In this document: one piece after another, positions 36,901-48,747 of the stretch
Layout: each line of letters opens with the position of its first letter
Position numbering within the stretch: the stretch's first letter is position 1
Source: Strigamia acuminata
Taxonomy: Eukaryota
Length of the DNA: 64,000 bases
Assembly (NCBI GenBank): GCA_949358305.1
Contig: OX442314.1
Span: 27,280,001-27,344,000 of the forward strand
Reading direction: 5' to 3'
The notes under the pieces: model-generated
Database searches by the model: none
The model's input: the letters and a program-made list of their open reading frames with translations, nothing else
Told to the model about the DNA's origin: nothing
Position numbers and translations under genes: made by a program

Positions 36901-37514
36901 TGTCATACCACCAGAAAAAGTATTTTTTTAAAATTTTTTGATTACTATAATGATTAAAATGATGTAAATTGATTTGTATTTTATAATAAAATGTTGTTCG
37001 CATTCATAAAATTAAGTTTTATGCTGTTTATATTTCAATATTCGTATTTGTTCAGTTTATTGGTTGCTTTGTCAGTAAAACTAACAATTTCTGATTTTTT
37101 TTTCGATTACAATGTCTGTACATCAAGTACAATTCTGGTGTTTGGGTCTATTTTTTGGTTTCACTTCACCAGTAAAATGTTTCACCAATGGGAGAAAGGC
37201 CAATCTTATAGTGTGCCAGAGTATAGACACACATTTCGTTATTAGAAACGAGCCTCGTTTTCACATCTTTTTCCATAACCTGCCTCGATGTTATAGGATA
37301 GACAAATTTAACTAACCTTGGAAGTGAGCAGTTTTTCTCCTCTACTCTTTGCGTCCATTTTATTTTTACTTCTGATGAGGACGTAGACATTCTTAATGTG
37401 AGGACAAGACCGGAGTAATTTCTCTACCAATACTTTTCCCATAAAACCGGTTGCGCCTGTTATGAACACAGTTCGGTCTTTATAAAAGTCAGAAAGCGGT
37501 GAAGTATTGGCCAT
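33903..37514 (-). CDS. Fatty acyl-CoA reductase (alcohol-forming, arthropod FAR family)
   Basis: Exons ~37514-37317 ([23 protein letters not shown]), 36753-36505, 36327-36221 (HLSTAYSN), 36153-35977 ([20 protein letters not shown]), 35188-35026 (GWID, DIVPVD), 34784-34542, 34483-34355, 34224-34097 (FDVREIDW), ~34038-33903 (TM tail). NAD(P)H-binding and YxxxK motifs intact. Confidence 0.92.
35290..35860. repeat. GC-richer interspersed repeat in FAR intron (possibly LTR-derived); related copy at ~47890-48075
   Basis: cagtggtgaat..agcagagtcag..cttctctctc..ctccctcctt..gggtc is shared between 35580-35725 and 47925-48075. Confidence 0.5.
36834..37221. mobile_element. Tc1/mariner-type MITE in FAR intron 1
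   Basis: TIR ctctggcacattataagattggcctttctcccat / atgggagaaaggccaatcttatagtgtgccagag with TA flanks; a related internal fragment lies at ~40210-40300. Confidence 0.8.
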
Positions 37515-38162
37515 TCTTCAATCAAATGTAATCTAGATGAAATACGTCTAACACACTACAATATTAATCTAATCAAAAACCACTTGCTGATAACGGTAAC
37601 CGTTCTCGATAAAAGTCAGAAAGTGAAGAAGTGTTGGCCATTCTTCAATCAAATGTAATCTAAGCTTAGTGAAATACTTCTATGAACACTACAATATCAT
37701 GTGTGTGTGACGACGTTGCAAAATCCACTGACAAATTGGTTTTACATGCAAATGGGTTCACCAGCTGTTGATTAGTAATTGTCAAACCTTCAGCCACCTG
37801 CCACTGATAAAGGCAATTTATGTAGTCGAGTCTAACTCTATCTAAAAAAACGTGGGTGGAGGTTTATGAACACATGATATGAGATAACGCACCAAGAGTT
37901 TAAAAACCACATATGGTATCCAGATTAGTATGCATCCAATCAACATGTGAATGGCGGTTGGTCGCCTCATGGCCAGGGGAAAAGTAGCATTTGGCTACTG
38001 TAAGAAGCCAAACTGCACGAATGGTAAATGATGACCTTTTGTCTGTTATTTTTTGTAACATTGGCATCTGCTGTTTTTAATTTTCTCATTTTCTTTGCAG
38101 TTCTTCTTGTCGCGTCCTACTAGGTATAGGTTTAAATGCTAACGTGTAATACTTTACCTGTG

Positions 38163-38855
38163 GGGGCAAACGGAAGCGGAAGCGGAAATCAGGAGATTAT
38201 TAGTAGTTGGTTTATACTGGTGAGGTTAGGTTAAGCATTGGAATTATATAACCCATTGTTGTTGTTGTCCTTTATGTTGTTGTTGTGTCGCGGGTTAAAT
38301 AGTGTATGCTGGTTAAAAAGTGTATGTAGCTGGGGGGGGTGTAGTGGGGGGGGGGCGGGGGGTTCAAGGTTAGGTTAGGTTAGGTTAAGTTAGGTTAGGT
38401 TAAGTTAGGTGAGGTGAGGTTAGGTTAGGTGAGGTTAGGTGAGGTTAGGTTAGGTGAGGTTAGGTGAGATGAGGTCTGATTAGATTTGGATTGATGTACG
38501 ATCAGAGGTTGGTTTCAGGGGCGTGGTTTCTAGTAGATTAGGTGACCCCAAAACGAAGATAGAAAAATGAGGGTACGAACCTGGGATGAAATGGAAACCT
38601 CTTTTAAGTGCATGGATGATGAAACTGAACAAATCGTGGAGTGAAACGAAATGTTTTTATTGTGTGAAATCAGGTGCAAAACTGGTGCAAAAATAAAGAT
38701 GGCTGACAATAAGAGCGCACGTGCATAACAATGCTGGGGAGAGAATGACTGACAGCTAACAATGAAAAAAGGGTTTTAAAAATTAGAAAGTAAACATCTG
38801 ATGGCAATCACTGGTCGTTAATCTGCTGTTTTCCGCTTCCGCTTCCGTTTGCCCC
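38163..38855. mobile_element. TIR element (Harbinger-like GGGC ends) carrying a (TTAGG/TGAGG)n array
   Basis: ggggcaaacggaagcggaagcggaaa / tttccgcttccgcttccgtttgcccc; pentamer array at ~38367-38470. Confidence 0.7.
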
Positions 38856-39039
38856 AAAAACCGTCAACGCCATTCGATTTTTCACCCTTGAATACCCCTA
38901 TATCCAAATTTTGGAGATGATTTGAGAGGTGGCCGGTAAAGTAAAATTGTTCCCTCAACGATGGTCGGCGGTGAGCGAGTTTTTCTGGGGCGTTACCCGA
39001 GATTCGTACACACGTTTTATGCAATCTCTAGCCCTGCGC

Positions 39040-39401
39040 ACTAAATGTGTGTAGAAAGCTAATTTTGGTGCAACAAAGGAATTTGTTGCGCCAAAACCGT
39101 TTATTTTGTACCATACCCTGGCCGAAAGAGGGTGAAGTGTGCCTAGGCATGCTTCTGTTTTGCGCACTGTGCGCTGTGAGCTTAATTTGGTGCAGAAGTG
39201 TGGCAATCTTGCACCTGCAGGCCTGGCACATTTCAGATCTGCACAGTAAAGCTGCGAAATTAGCTTGGTTTGGTGCAACAAAGGACTTGTTGCACCAAAA
39301 CAGTTAATTAACGGCTTCATTCCAGCCAAATTGGGGTAAAATATGCTGGGGGAGTTCTCCTCCCCTAATTATGTAACTTGGTTTGGCGTGTGCCAAACCA
39401 A
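39040..39401 (+). mobile_element. Palindrome-rich repeat ending in a hairpin (Helitron/Helentron-like); inverted copy at 46472-46670
   Basis: Internal palindromes ttggtgcaacaaagga(a/c)ttgttgc(g/a)ccaa and terminal hairpin gtttggcgtgtgccaaac are present in both copies. Confidence 0.6.
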
Positions 39402-39549
39402 AATAAAATCAAAATATACAATTTCATTAGTGGTGACTTTTATTTATTAAAAAACATAAAAAGCACTACAGGGTCACCACACGCTTTTTACGAATGAGCA
39501 CATGATCTGATACAAAGTAAATACAACCAAGTTACTGAAGAAATATCAC

Positions 39550-39738
39550 TAGCAGCTTTTCTCTTATACAATTTGCGTCCATTTTATTTTTACTTCTAAT
39601 GAGGACATAGACATTCTTAATGTGTGGACAAGACCGGAGTAATTTCTCTAGCAGGACTTTTCCCATAAAACCTGTAGCACCAGTTAAGAACACACTTCAA
39701 TCTCTATAAAAGTCGGAAAGCGACGAAGTGTTGGCCAT
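39550..39738 (-). pseudogene. Dead duplicate of FAR exon 1
   Basis: [54 protein letters not shown]: premature TGA where the live gene has CGA. Truncated before the splice donor by a repeat also seen at 48076-48137. Confidence 0.85.
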
Positions 39739-40831
39739 TCTTCAATCAAATATAATCTGAATAAAATATTTTTACGAACACAGCAATATCGCCCTTGTTT
39801 GTGGCGACTATGGTAAGCACACTGGCAAATATTTTCACCGACTGCTGATGTGTGATTACTCTGAAGTACATAATCTAAAACCATCTGCCGGACAGGTAAA
39901 AAAAAACAACAAAACATGAATGGAGTTTTGTTAACAACTGCTAACGTTATTTAAGATGAGGAAACTTCAATACTTCAATAACGTATAATGTGCTATGTTC
40001 GTTACATTTGTATTTTATATAAGACCAACCAGTCATTTCATCAATTTCCGACTAAATTGTAGTCAAATTCGTCAATTATTCGATTAAAATGATATAATTT
40101 TAATTGTATTTTCTAGTGAAATGTTTTTTCCATTTATAAAATACAGTTTTATTGATTGCTTAGTCTGGAAAGCAAACAATTATGAACTTTTTGTTACCTA
40201 GGCAATCAATTACAATGTCTGTACATCAATTGCTATTCTGGATTTTTGGTCTATTTTTTTATATTACTACACAAGGAAATGGCTAGGCCAATTGTAGAAA
40301 GGCTCTCTTTGTAGTTAATAGAGGTTTTGCGATTGCAATTTTTATACGTATAACTTATAACTTATAACTTATAGATTTATGACCTAAAAGTTATAAGTTG
40401 GGTGGCCAAGCAAGCAGTCACAAACTCAATAATTTTTTCAATTTATTTTTATAACGTGCTGCACTATAATTATCAATGTTCGGGACAAAATTTAAATTAA
40501 ACATTGAAATAAGTTATATAAATTATGCATTAGGACTTTTAATTATTATTTATTTTCATTGAAAATTAATGAAAATTGATTCCATTTTTAATGTAAATTT
40601 TTTGTCAACAACCGACCACGACCTAAATTATATACCAGTGCTGTCGCTGAAAATAATTTAACTTTATTGAATTTGTTTCCTCACTCCCACAGTCCCACTT
40701 GGAGAGTGGAGTTCCGATACTGGATTTTTATAGTAAATTATAAATTTTAATTAAAAATTGTATTTCTTGCGGAGACACGAGTTCAGCTAGGTGTCGAAGG
40801 TGTTCATTACCACGGTAGAATTTGATGCAAA

Positions 40832-43800
40832 ATGACTGTGGTGAAAGCTCTTAGGCTTCGTCGAAGTCATATTCGTCGTTTTGTACGGCAAGAAATGCAA
40901 ACTTCACTGTCAGGAAATGATAGTTTGAAGTTTATAGATAATGTTTTCAACAAACAAAAGAGTAGTTTAGTCCGGGCAGTTTGGTTCGTTGTTTTGATCG
41001 TTTGTGGCACCATTTGTTGTTACCAAACAATGGAAAGAATCCAATTCTACTTTGATGGACATTTCAAAGTTGAAATTCAATATGTTCCAATAGGTGAAAT
41101 GACATACGCAGAATTTAGGTACTTTGGTCTCGATACCGGATCTTTGTCCGAATACTGGGAAAAAATGCCAGAAGTTTCTTCAGTGCAAGACCACATTGAA
41201 AGATTACGTGTTTGTGTTTTGCCGCTGAGAGGAATGATTTCTGCAGCAGTGAAAATTGAAAATTATGCAGATTTTTGGTTAAAAAGCAACATTTCAAGCA
41301 ATTTACAGCACGTCAAGATAAGACAGGTATTTAATCTTATTATTTTATTAATACTGGATCGGATATTTCATGAACATGATGCCATAATTTTTTTTATAAT
41401 ATGGGGAATGAATATTATTCACACCCCTGTTTCTTGTCCACAACAGGACTCCCTGCACTACTCAACCCTCTCCACTTCCTTACTGGGTCAGATCACCCCA
41501 TGTAGGCTAGGGCTTATCTCAGGGCCATTGGTCTGTTTATGTTTGACTTGTATGATAAATTCATTAAAAGTTGTAAGTCATATGTCCATACATTTGGTGA
41601 AAGCATTTTAATACAGGGACATACTAGTACATCGGTCGGCAACAGGCGGACTGCGGAAGGTCGAAACTTGGACCGCGGTGACGTTTTAGCGACGTTTTCC
41701 CCTCGGTTTCTTTGGTTTTTTTGGTGTTTTTTTCTTTTTTTTTCTGTTTTTTTCGTGTTTTTTTTTTAGGTTTTATTGGTATTTTTTGGGTTGTGTGTGT
41801 TTATTGGCGTGTTTATTTGGTTTTTAAGTGTTTTTTCCGTTTTCCTAGGTTTTTAGGAAGGTTTTTAAGCGTTTTTTTTTTGGACCTCGATAAAAATTTT
41901 CAATAGTATCCAGACCCCACTTAAAATTACTTGCCATCCCCTGTACTAGTATAATAACATGAAAGCCAATTCTAGATCGTACCCGTACCCGGCACAGGTG
42001 CCCTCTACTTGATTATTGGCGTCACATGTATGTGTAGTGTGCATTCTGTATGTATACAGTAATCTGCTGAATTACATCTATAATCGTATAACTTTTCAGG
42101 GCAAAACTGTATTGCATGAAACAACAATTAAAGAAGGAATTTCTACAAGTAGAAAAGATAACACAAACATTTCACTAAGCTATCGAAATGATGTAACTGG
42201 GCGATCTTTGGTCTTGACTTCTGGTTAGAAATAAAAACAAAATAAAATAATTTTGAAGTTTTAATATTTTTGGCTAAATCTATAGATCGAAAATTAGCAC
42301 GAAACATGAAATTACACCTACTCTTTAAAACGAATAGCACCAACTGTGTCAAGCCACAGATTTCGGTAAGAATCTCATCTTTTACTATTTTATTGGAGTT
42401 TGTAACTTATACTTTTATTTTTACACATTTGAATATTAGATGACAGCGGTAGTTGGCGTCATGTCTTACCAATATACTTTCTCGGTGGCGTCAGGAATTG
42501 AATCTGATATGCAATTTTTCATTCGAAGTGTAAGCTCAATTAACCTGTTGCAGATATTGTGAAATTTGTGGTGCAATACAAAAGTGTATAAGTTTGAATA
42601 TATCAGATATCAGCTTTTTAATCTTGTTTATTGTGATGGATCGCCAAAAGTGTAATGCTGCATTTGTTTCTTGGTAGTATCAATTTTTAGCTTCGAGATA
42701 TCCCTATTGTGAACCGGATAAGAAAAAGGAAACCCAATGCTACGAAGATTGTGTGAGGAAAAAAAGTCCTCAACGATGCAGGTCTAATTGCATGCAACAT
42801 CTTAATATTGATAAACTCATAGATTTTTGGCTTACCAGATTGCCTTTTATGTCCAACAAAAATTTGATGGATTGCAGTTTAGAGTCAAACAAATCAATTG
42901 TGGCTGAATTGTATAAGAAAGCATATTTCCATGAAACGACAACACTGCCATGGTTTGAATGTGGTTGCTTGAGACCTTGTGAACGGAATGTTTATTTGTT
43001 TATATTCTATTCTGATACAAGTTAAACTATAATATATTCTATTTTTATGCACAATTCTCAAAATTATTATGTTTTAAGTTAGATTTTCAAGATGAACCAA
43101 ATGGCAAAGATGTAACAAGTCTCAATCTTAAAGTATTGGAAGAATTGTTTGTCAGAATGACAGAAACCTACATTTACACCATTCCAAACTTATTGATCGA
43201 TTTTGGGGGCAATTTGGGGTTCTCTTTGGGATTTTCTCTTCTGTCTTTAATTGAAATTGCTCAAATGTTTCTTCTCATTTTGTCTAAATACATCAGACCT
43301 GCTCAACTTAAAGCGAGCATAAAAATGAAAACTACTAAGCAAATGCATTTGGTCATCGACAAAAAGAAAAGTGATTTACGAGGTGTGATGCAGCAGCCAC
43401 AAAAAAAACTTCTACTGCAATCTACATTGAATTTAATTCTTATATTTACTTCTGCAATATTGGCGTTTTATGTGAGCAAAGAAAGAATCGCATTATATAT
43501 GAGTGAACCAACAAGATATGTGGTAATCATTCAAGAAAATCACACATTGTATTTACCCAATTTAATTGCATGTATGGATGGACCATTAATGACTAGCTAC
43601 AGGAGGAAATATGCTAAACAAATAGGCATGAATGAATGCAAGATTCATTTTATCAATTTAATGAACATGACTATCCGGATGAAAAAATTGTCAATAGAAG
43701 AAGTGTGGCGATTACAAAAGCCTACGATGGATGAACAAGTAATGACCAATGCTATTTTGGTAAGTATTCCGTCTAAAGATGGGTTCTCACCTGCTTAATA

Positions 43801-45627
43801 TCGCAGATATGAGCCTCAAAATCGCGATGTTAGACAGGTGAGGACACATCATGATACACATAATGTATCGTCAAATCACGAAAGGTTTATAAACCATATA
43901 AAATGTTGAGCACTAACGACAATAATTAACATAAAACATTTTTGAATCTTATTTTTTCTATTATTTTTTTGTCTATTGTAAATAAATAAATGGTTTATAT
44001 TAAACAACTATAAGAGCGTGGGTTTTGCACTTATCCTAGTGACAACCACGTAAACTAATTTGTAGTTGACTTCTATGAAATTTTGGATGTTCGTAAGTTG
44101 AGGATCTGCTACACTAGTACATCAAACGTAACCTAGGGTGATCATAATTGATCATAAATGTTTTTGCAGGCTGCTGGGGTAAGAACTAATGTAACATGGA
44201 GTGAAATAGCTATGCCAACTGGAACGTGCTTTCAATCTGACATCGGTACATAACTAGACATTTTATATAAATTGTACATGAAATATTAATACGAGCATTA
44301 TCTTGTTGCAGCACCACTGCAATTTGCCGGAGCTGCCTCACTAATATTTTTTAGTCTGCGACCATTGGCAGGTCAAATATGTAATCAGCATGAGTATGAA
44401 GTAATGTACAACTCCTTGCCAAATAAATGGAATATTGGTCAAAACTATGTTCATGTCATGACCAATTTTCATACAATTTTTTTAAGATAAAATAAATGAA
44501 TGAATCATGGTGTTAAGATATCATTCTACATTCTACTTGTACTGTGGTTATGTTTAGTTACATGTGTAAATGTAGAAATTGTGGTCAATCGTAATTTCTT
44601 TTGTAGATATACTTTCGACAAAATGATGCTGAAATACCATCAATTCTCAGAAGTAGAAGAAGTGTTATAGATAACACCTTTGTCATTATTACATTTAAAA
44701 TGATTAAAGTAATACATCAGTTTATTACATGTAACCTCTTGAAACATTTGGTTTTTTTTAGACCGTTCGATTAAATTTACGAGCACAACCTTGTCTTGAC
44801 CATGACAAATACAAACGATGCCAGGATGAATGTTATAAAAAAATGATTTATAATTTTGTTCGATGCAAGTGAGTCGTAATTCTTCACAGATTTGAATTTG
44901 AGCATGTTGGTGCTTGGGCCCTCAAAATCCGGGAGTTCTAGAGTTAGAAATAAAAATTCTTTATCAGAGTTCAGGTAGTGTGGACTGCACTGGCTTACAC
45001 CATCAATCAGGGTCTGATGTCAATCAGAATCCAAAATTAGACTGTCTATCTCAAATTCTATTGTTTTTTTTTAGTCCTTTGTAAATTTAGAATTTAAATT
45101 TACAAACATAACTAAAGAGTCTGTATGGACTGGTACAAGAGGACTCGGAAAAGGTCCATGAGTTACTGCACCGGGTTGTAATAAGTCTTTATAATTTTAG
45201 GCTACCATTTTTGGATAATGTAACAAATAATACCTGTGCAAATGCTGAAGAAGCAATTTCTTCATTACAACTATTCATGAAGAATTCCTTAAAAGTTGAC
45301 ATAACGAAAGACTGTGAATGTCATCCTCTTTGTGAAGAACAAATATTTGACACTTACGTTTACTTTCAACATCCTGAAGCATTTCCACTCAAGGTTCTTG
45401 GTTTAATTCCAATGAATAACATAATTGAACAGATTACACAAATATTATTCTACACTGCAGTTGCATTGTGTTGCGATATTGGAAATTCTTTTGCACTAAT
45501 GCTTGGCCTTTCAATTCTTGCAATTCCGGAATTCTTACAAAAGATAGTAAATCAGTTTATGGTACTCGGAATAAATATAAAAGCACATCTCCCATCATAT
45601 TCTCGAGTTAAAAAACCCAGATACTAA
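40832..45627 (+). CDS. Divergent DEG/ENaC (pickpocket/ASIC-like) protein with two complete channel units in tandem (~850 aa, 4 predicted TM helices)
   Basis: Exons 40832-41326, 42100-42223, 42286-42365, 42440-42529, 42678-42781, 42839-43020, 43083-43759, 44170-44245, 44312-44400, 44607-44708, 44762-44868, 45201-45627 total 2553 nt in one frame. Unit 1: RAVWFVVLIVC..ERIQFY, CYEDC, CGCLRPCE, DFGGNLGFSLGFSLLSLIE. Unit 2: TM1..ERIALYMSEPT..LPNLIAC, GTCF, CQDEC, CECHPLCEE, DIGNSFALMLGLSILAIPE. Confidence 0.82.
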
Positions 45628-46471
45628 TTCAGAGCATCAAATCTGAAGTTACCTAAAATGCTGCTCTCCAATTATTAATTATTGATTATTTACACATTGT
45701 TTATCTAGTAGTTACACTGACTGAAACAATCTGTACGTAGAAATAACTATATTTTTAGTACAACACACTATATTTTGAAGTGGGGACCCTTCAGTGAATT
45801 GTGTTTATAAAACTTGAATGTTGTTTTAACTGTTTAACATTTAGAGAAACTTTTAGAATTTTAATGCTTGTCTAATCATTTAAAATTTTAGTGGTTCAAA
45901 TTTGTTCAAAAAATCTGCTTGACTGCAATTAGTTTATATCCGGATATGGTGTTTTTTACATCATATTTTGCTTAAGTTAGTCCATTTATCTTGATTAAGT
46001 TTAAGTAAGGAGTCTTGTCAGTAATTGTCTTTAAACTTACCTTTTTATTGATGAAAGTAAACTTCAAGTATTTGCTTAATTAATCTGAATGCACCTAATA
46101 ATTCCATATTGAATGCTGATTAATTATCAACTTGTATATTTCCATAAGTTATTTAATTCTTCATCTTTTGATTGAATTTTCTTCTTCTGTTCATTGACTC
46201 AAAAACGTTGTCACATTACATTTATGCTAATCTTTAACTATTTATTGAAGTTTATTCTTTTATTTTAAAATATTCACAATTTGTGATAATTGAAATGGCG
46301 GTTACACGTTAGATTGAGCCAGGATACAAGAAGTTCAAAAACACGTCATAGCTTTTCACTAGCCTCAATCAAGTGTGGTGATCTCGATTTATTCTTGTTA
46401 TTTTGTCTAAATAAATATCACCACTTAAAAGATAAATTGTGTTATTTTATTCCACAATAGTTTGGCACCAA

Positions 46472-46670
46472 TAGTTTGGCGTGTGCCAAACTCAGTCATG
46501 TGACTTGGGGGAGAAAACTACCCAAGCCCATTTCACCCCAAATTGGCTGGGGTGAACGGTAATTAACCGTTTTGGTGCAACAAATTCCTTTGTTGCACCA
46601 AACTGAGCTATAATTGCGCAGATTTACCGTGCAACTCAGAAGTGTGCCAAGTTTGGAAACCCAATTTTGA
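46472..46670 (-). mobile_element. Second copy of the hairpin-terminated repeat at 39040-39401
   Basis: Reverse-complement similarity including gtttggcgtgtgccaaac and ttggtgcaacaaattcctttgttgcaccaa. Confidence 0.6.
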
Positions 46671-47394
46671 CACACTCTTGAATACACACTGAAACACAAC
46701 ACACCTTGTCACTGCTACGCTCGAGAATCTCGCTAGTATTGACCATGTTATTTCGTGTGTTTTGAGACTCTGCTTGCTTTGCGCCGATTGAGCAAAGCCA
46801 GCACCCGTCGCGTGTACCAGCCGCCGCTGTTACGCGCACCACCGCCGAGAAGAGGAGACGCTCGCCGTGAACCATCGCCGTCGCAGGAGCCACCGAGAGT
46901 TACTCCGGAGTTCCCGCCACCGCCATCGTACGAGTGAGTAACAAGGGAGAAGACAAAGCCGTTGTTGTACACGCCATTTGCGTGTTGCGCGTAACCGTTG
47001 TTACGCGCCATTTGCCATTCTTTCCAATTTCATTATTTCCGCGACGCAGTCGCTTTTTCTACTATTGTAAATTCTCATTTAATTTATTATTGTATAAATT
47101 ACACCAGATAAAAGTATTGTTCATTTGTTTTAAACCATACTTCTCTTTTATTTAAAACACACCTAGACCACCCACAGAGCCACATTTGATTATAAGTCCT
47201 ATAAACGGCATTCACTTGCGAGTTTGCTGAGCTTATTAGATTTTAAGTTAGTTAAATTCCCGCTGTGGAACAGATATAATTAATAAGATGTGACGATGAC
47301 TGCTCGAGATACAATTGCTAAACAATTACATATATAAAATAACAAACATTAACATTACTGCTAAAAATAAATATAAAATAAAAGTAAAAATTTT

Positions 47395-47465
47395 CACAGA
47401 CAACAGGATTTGAACCTGTGTGGAAAGATTCCTGGTTCATTGCTTTAACCACTGGGCTACTACTA
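47395..47465 (-). pseudogene. Degenerate tRNA-like sequence (tRNA pseudogene or SINE head)
   Basis: Minus strand reads tagcccagtggttaaagc (A box) ... ggttcaaatcc (B box), without a good anticodon arm or acceptor stem. Confidence 0.5.
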
Positions 47466-47500
47466 CAAACTATTATTGTCTTCATGCAGGCAGTCATGTT

Positions 47501-47624
47501 CAGGGCCGTTTCTACCTATGAGGCGAAGAGGCGGCCGCCAGGTGGCCATGACTTGGTAAAGTTACTTACCACGGCATGGCCACCTGGCGGCCGCCTCTTC
47601 GCCTCATAGGTAGAAACGGCCCTG
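47501..47624. mobile_element. 124-bp fold-back hAT-type MITE
   Basis: 50-bp perfect inverted repeat (cagggccgtttctacctatgaggcg...); exact 8-bp TSD gtcatgtt (47493-47500, 47625-47632). Confidence 0.93.
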
Positions 47625-48747
47625 GTCATGTTGATGAACAAAGTTGTAATGTCATATAAATTACTTTGGGTTCCAGATTAAGATTTGACTAGACTAATCA
47701 CCAAGTGTAGTGCTACACTTGAACGTTTTACTCAAAAAAATCAAAAGATAGTGTTTCAACACACAGTAAAGAATCCTGTGTGTTGTAACTGTTTGCAACA
47801 ATGTGAAAGTAAGGTGCATTTAAATATAAGAAAAATAGATTGTTTAGATCATGTGAATACTTTATTTAACAACAATTTCAACAATTGTGGATTACACACT
47901 CCTGCGGTCTCCTTGTGAGCATAGCAGTGGTGAATAAGGAGAACAGCAGAGTCAGAACAGGGCACAACTGCCCTTGCTGGCTTCGGGACTTCACTTCACA
48001 CGTCTGTCTGGATTGAGACCCAGCGCTCTTCTCTCTCCTGACACCACTCAGCTCCCTCCTTCCTGTACTGGGTCGAACGAGCACACAAATGATCTGATAC
48101 AAAGTAAATACAAGCAAGTTACTGAAGAAATATCACTATGAGAATGTACACAGATGGGATGAATAGACTGTACTTCTGCAGTGTGCAATTACCGGTAATT
48201 AAAAAAAGGCTCCTTTTCAAATTTTTTCTGTATAATCATACAGTGAAACAGTCGCGAGACACTTGGAAGATTACATCAATTGTGACACTGTCGTCTTCTC
48301 CCTGTAATTGCTATAATTAATTCCAGGTTTGGACGCGCGAGCAGAATATTCTTTGCCAAGTTTGATGTCCAAGGTTTATTCAATTTATTGATCACTCTTT
48401 CTGGGCGGGTTTCCTCTTGTCAACGGTTGATGGAGATAGTCCTCAGATGATTGGCAGTAAATTCTGTAAACATTCGCCTCAACTCAAACAAATATTTCTT
48501 CAAAAATTTTTTTCTTCAGGTTTACCATTTTTTTCATGACTTAAGCTTAGGGGGGAAAAAGGGGAGATTTAATTTTGTTAATAAATAGAAAATTCTAAAC
48601 CTAATAAATTTGCTGTGTTAATCAAACATCATTTACTCCAAAAACAGTGATACAAACATTTTGTTCACAGAGTTGGTATGGTCTACCGAAGAATAAATTA
48701 AGTACAAATCTTTGGTCAGTAAAACGAAATGCCAAAAACAGATCAAT

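Noticed and set aside
39695..39701. In-frame TGA in the FAR exon-1 duplicate as selenocysteine or readthrough
   Set aside because: It aligns to Arg CGA in the live gene (CpG transition) and the exon lacks its splice donor.
41690..41885. Phe-rich hydrophobic ORFs
   Set aside because: Low-complexity T/G-rich tract in the first intron of the channel gene.
46740..47050. GC-rich island with a Pro-rich ORF ending PPPPSYE (PPxY-like)
   Set aside because: No in-frame ATG or partner exons found; adjacent to a repeat, so probably transposon interior.
47395..47465. Functional tRNA gene
   Set aside because: A and B boxes only; a cloverleaf cannot be completed.
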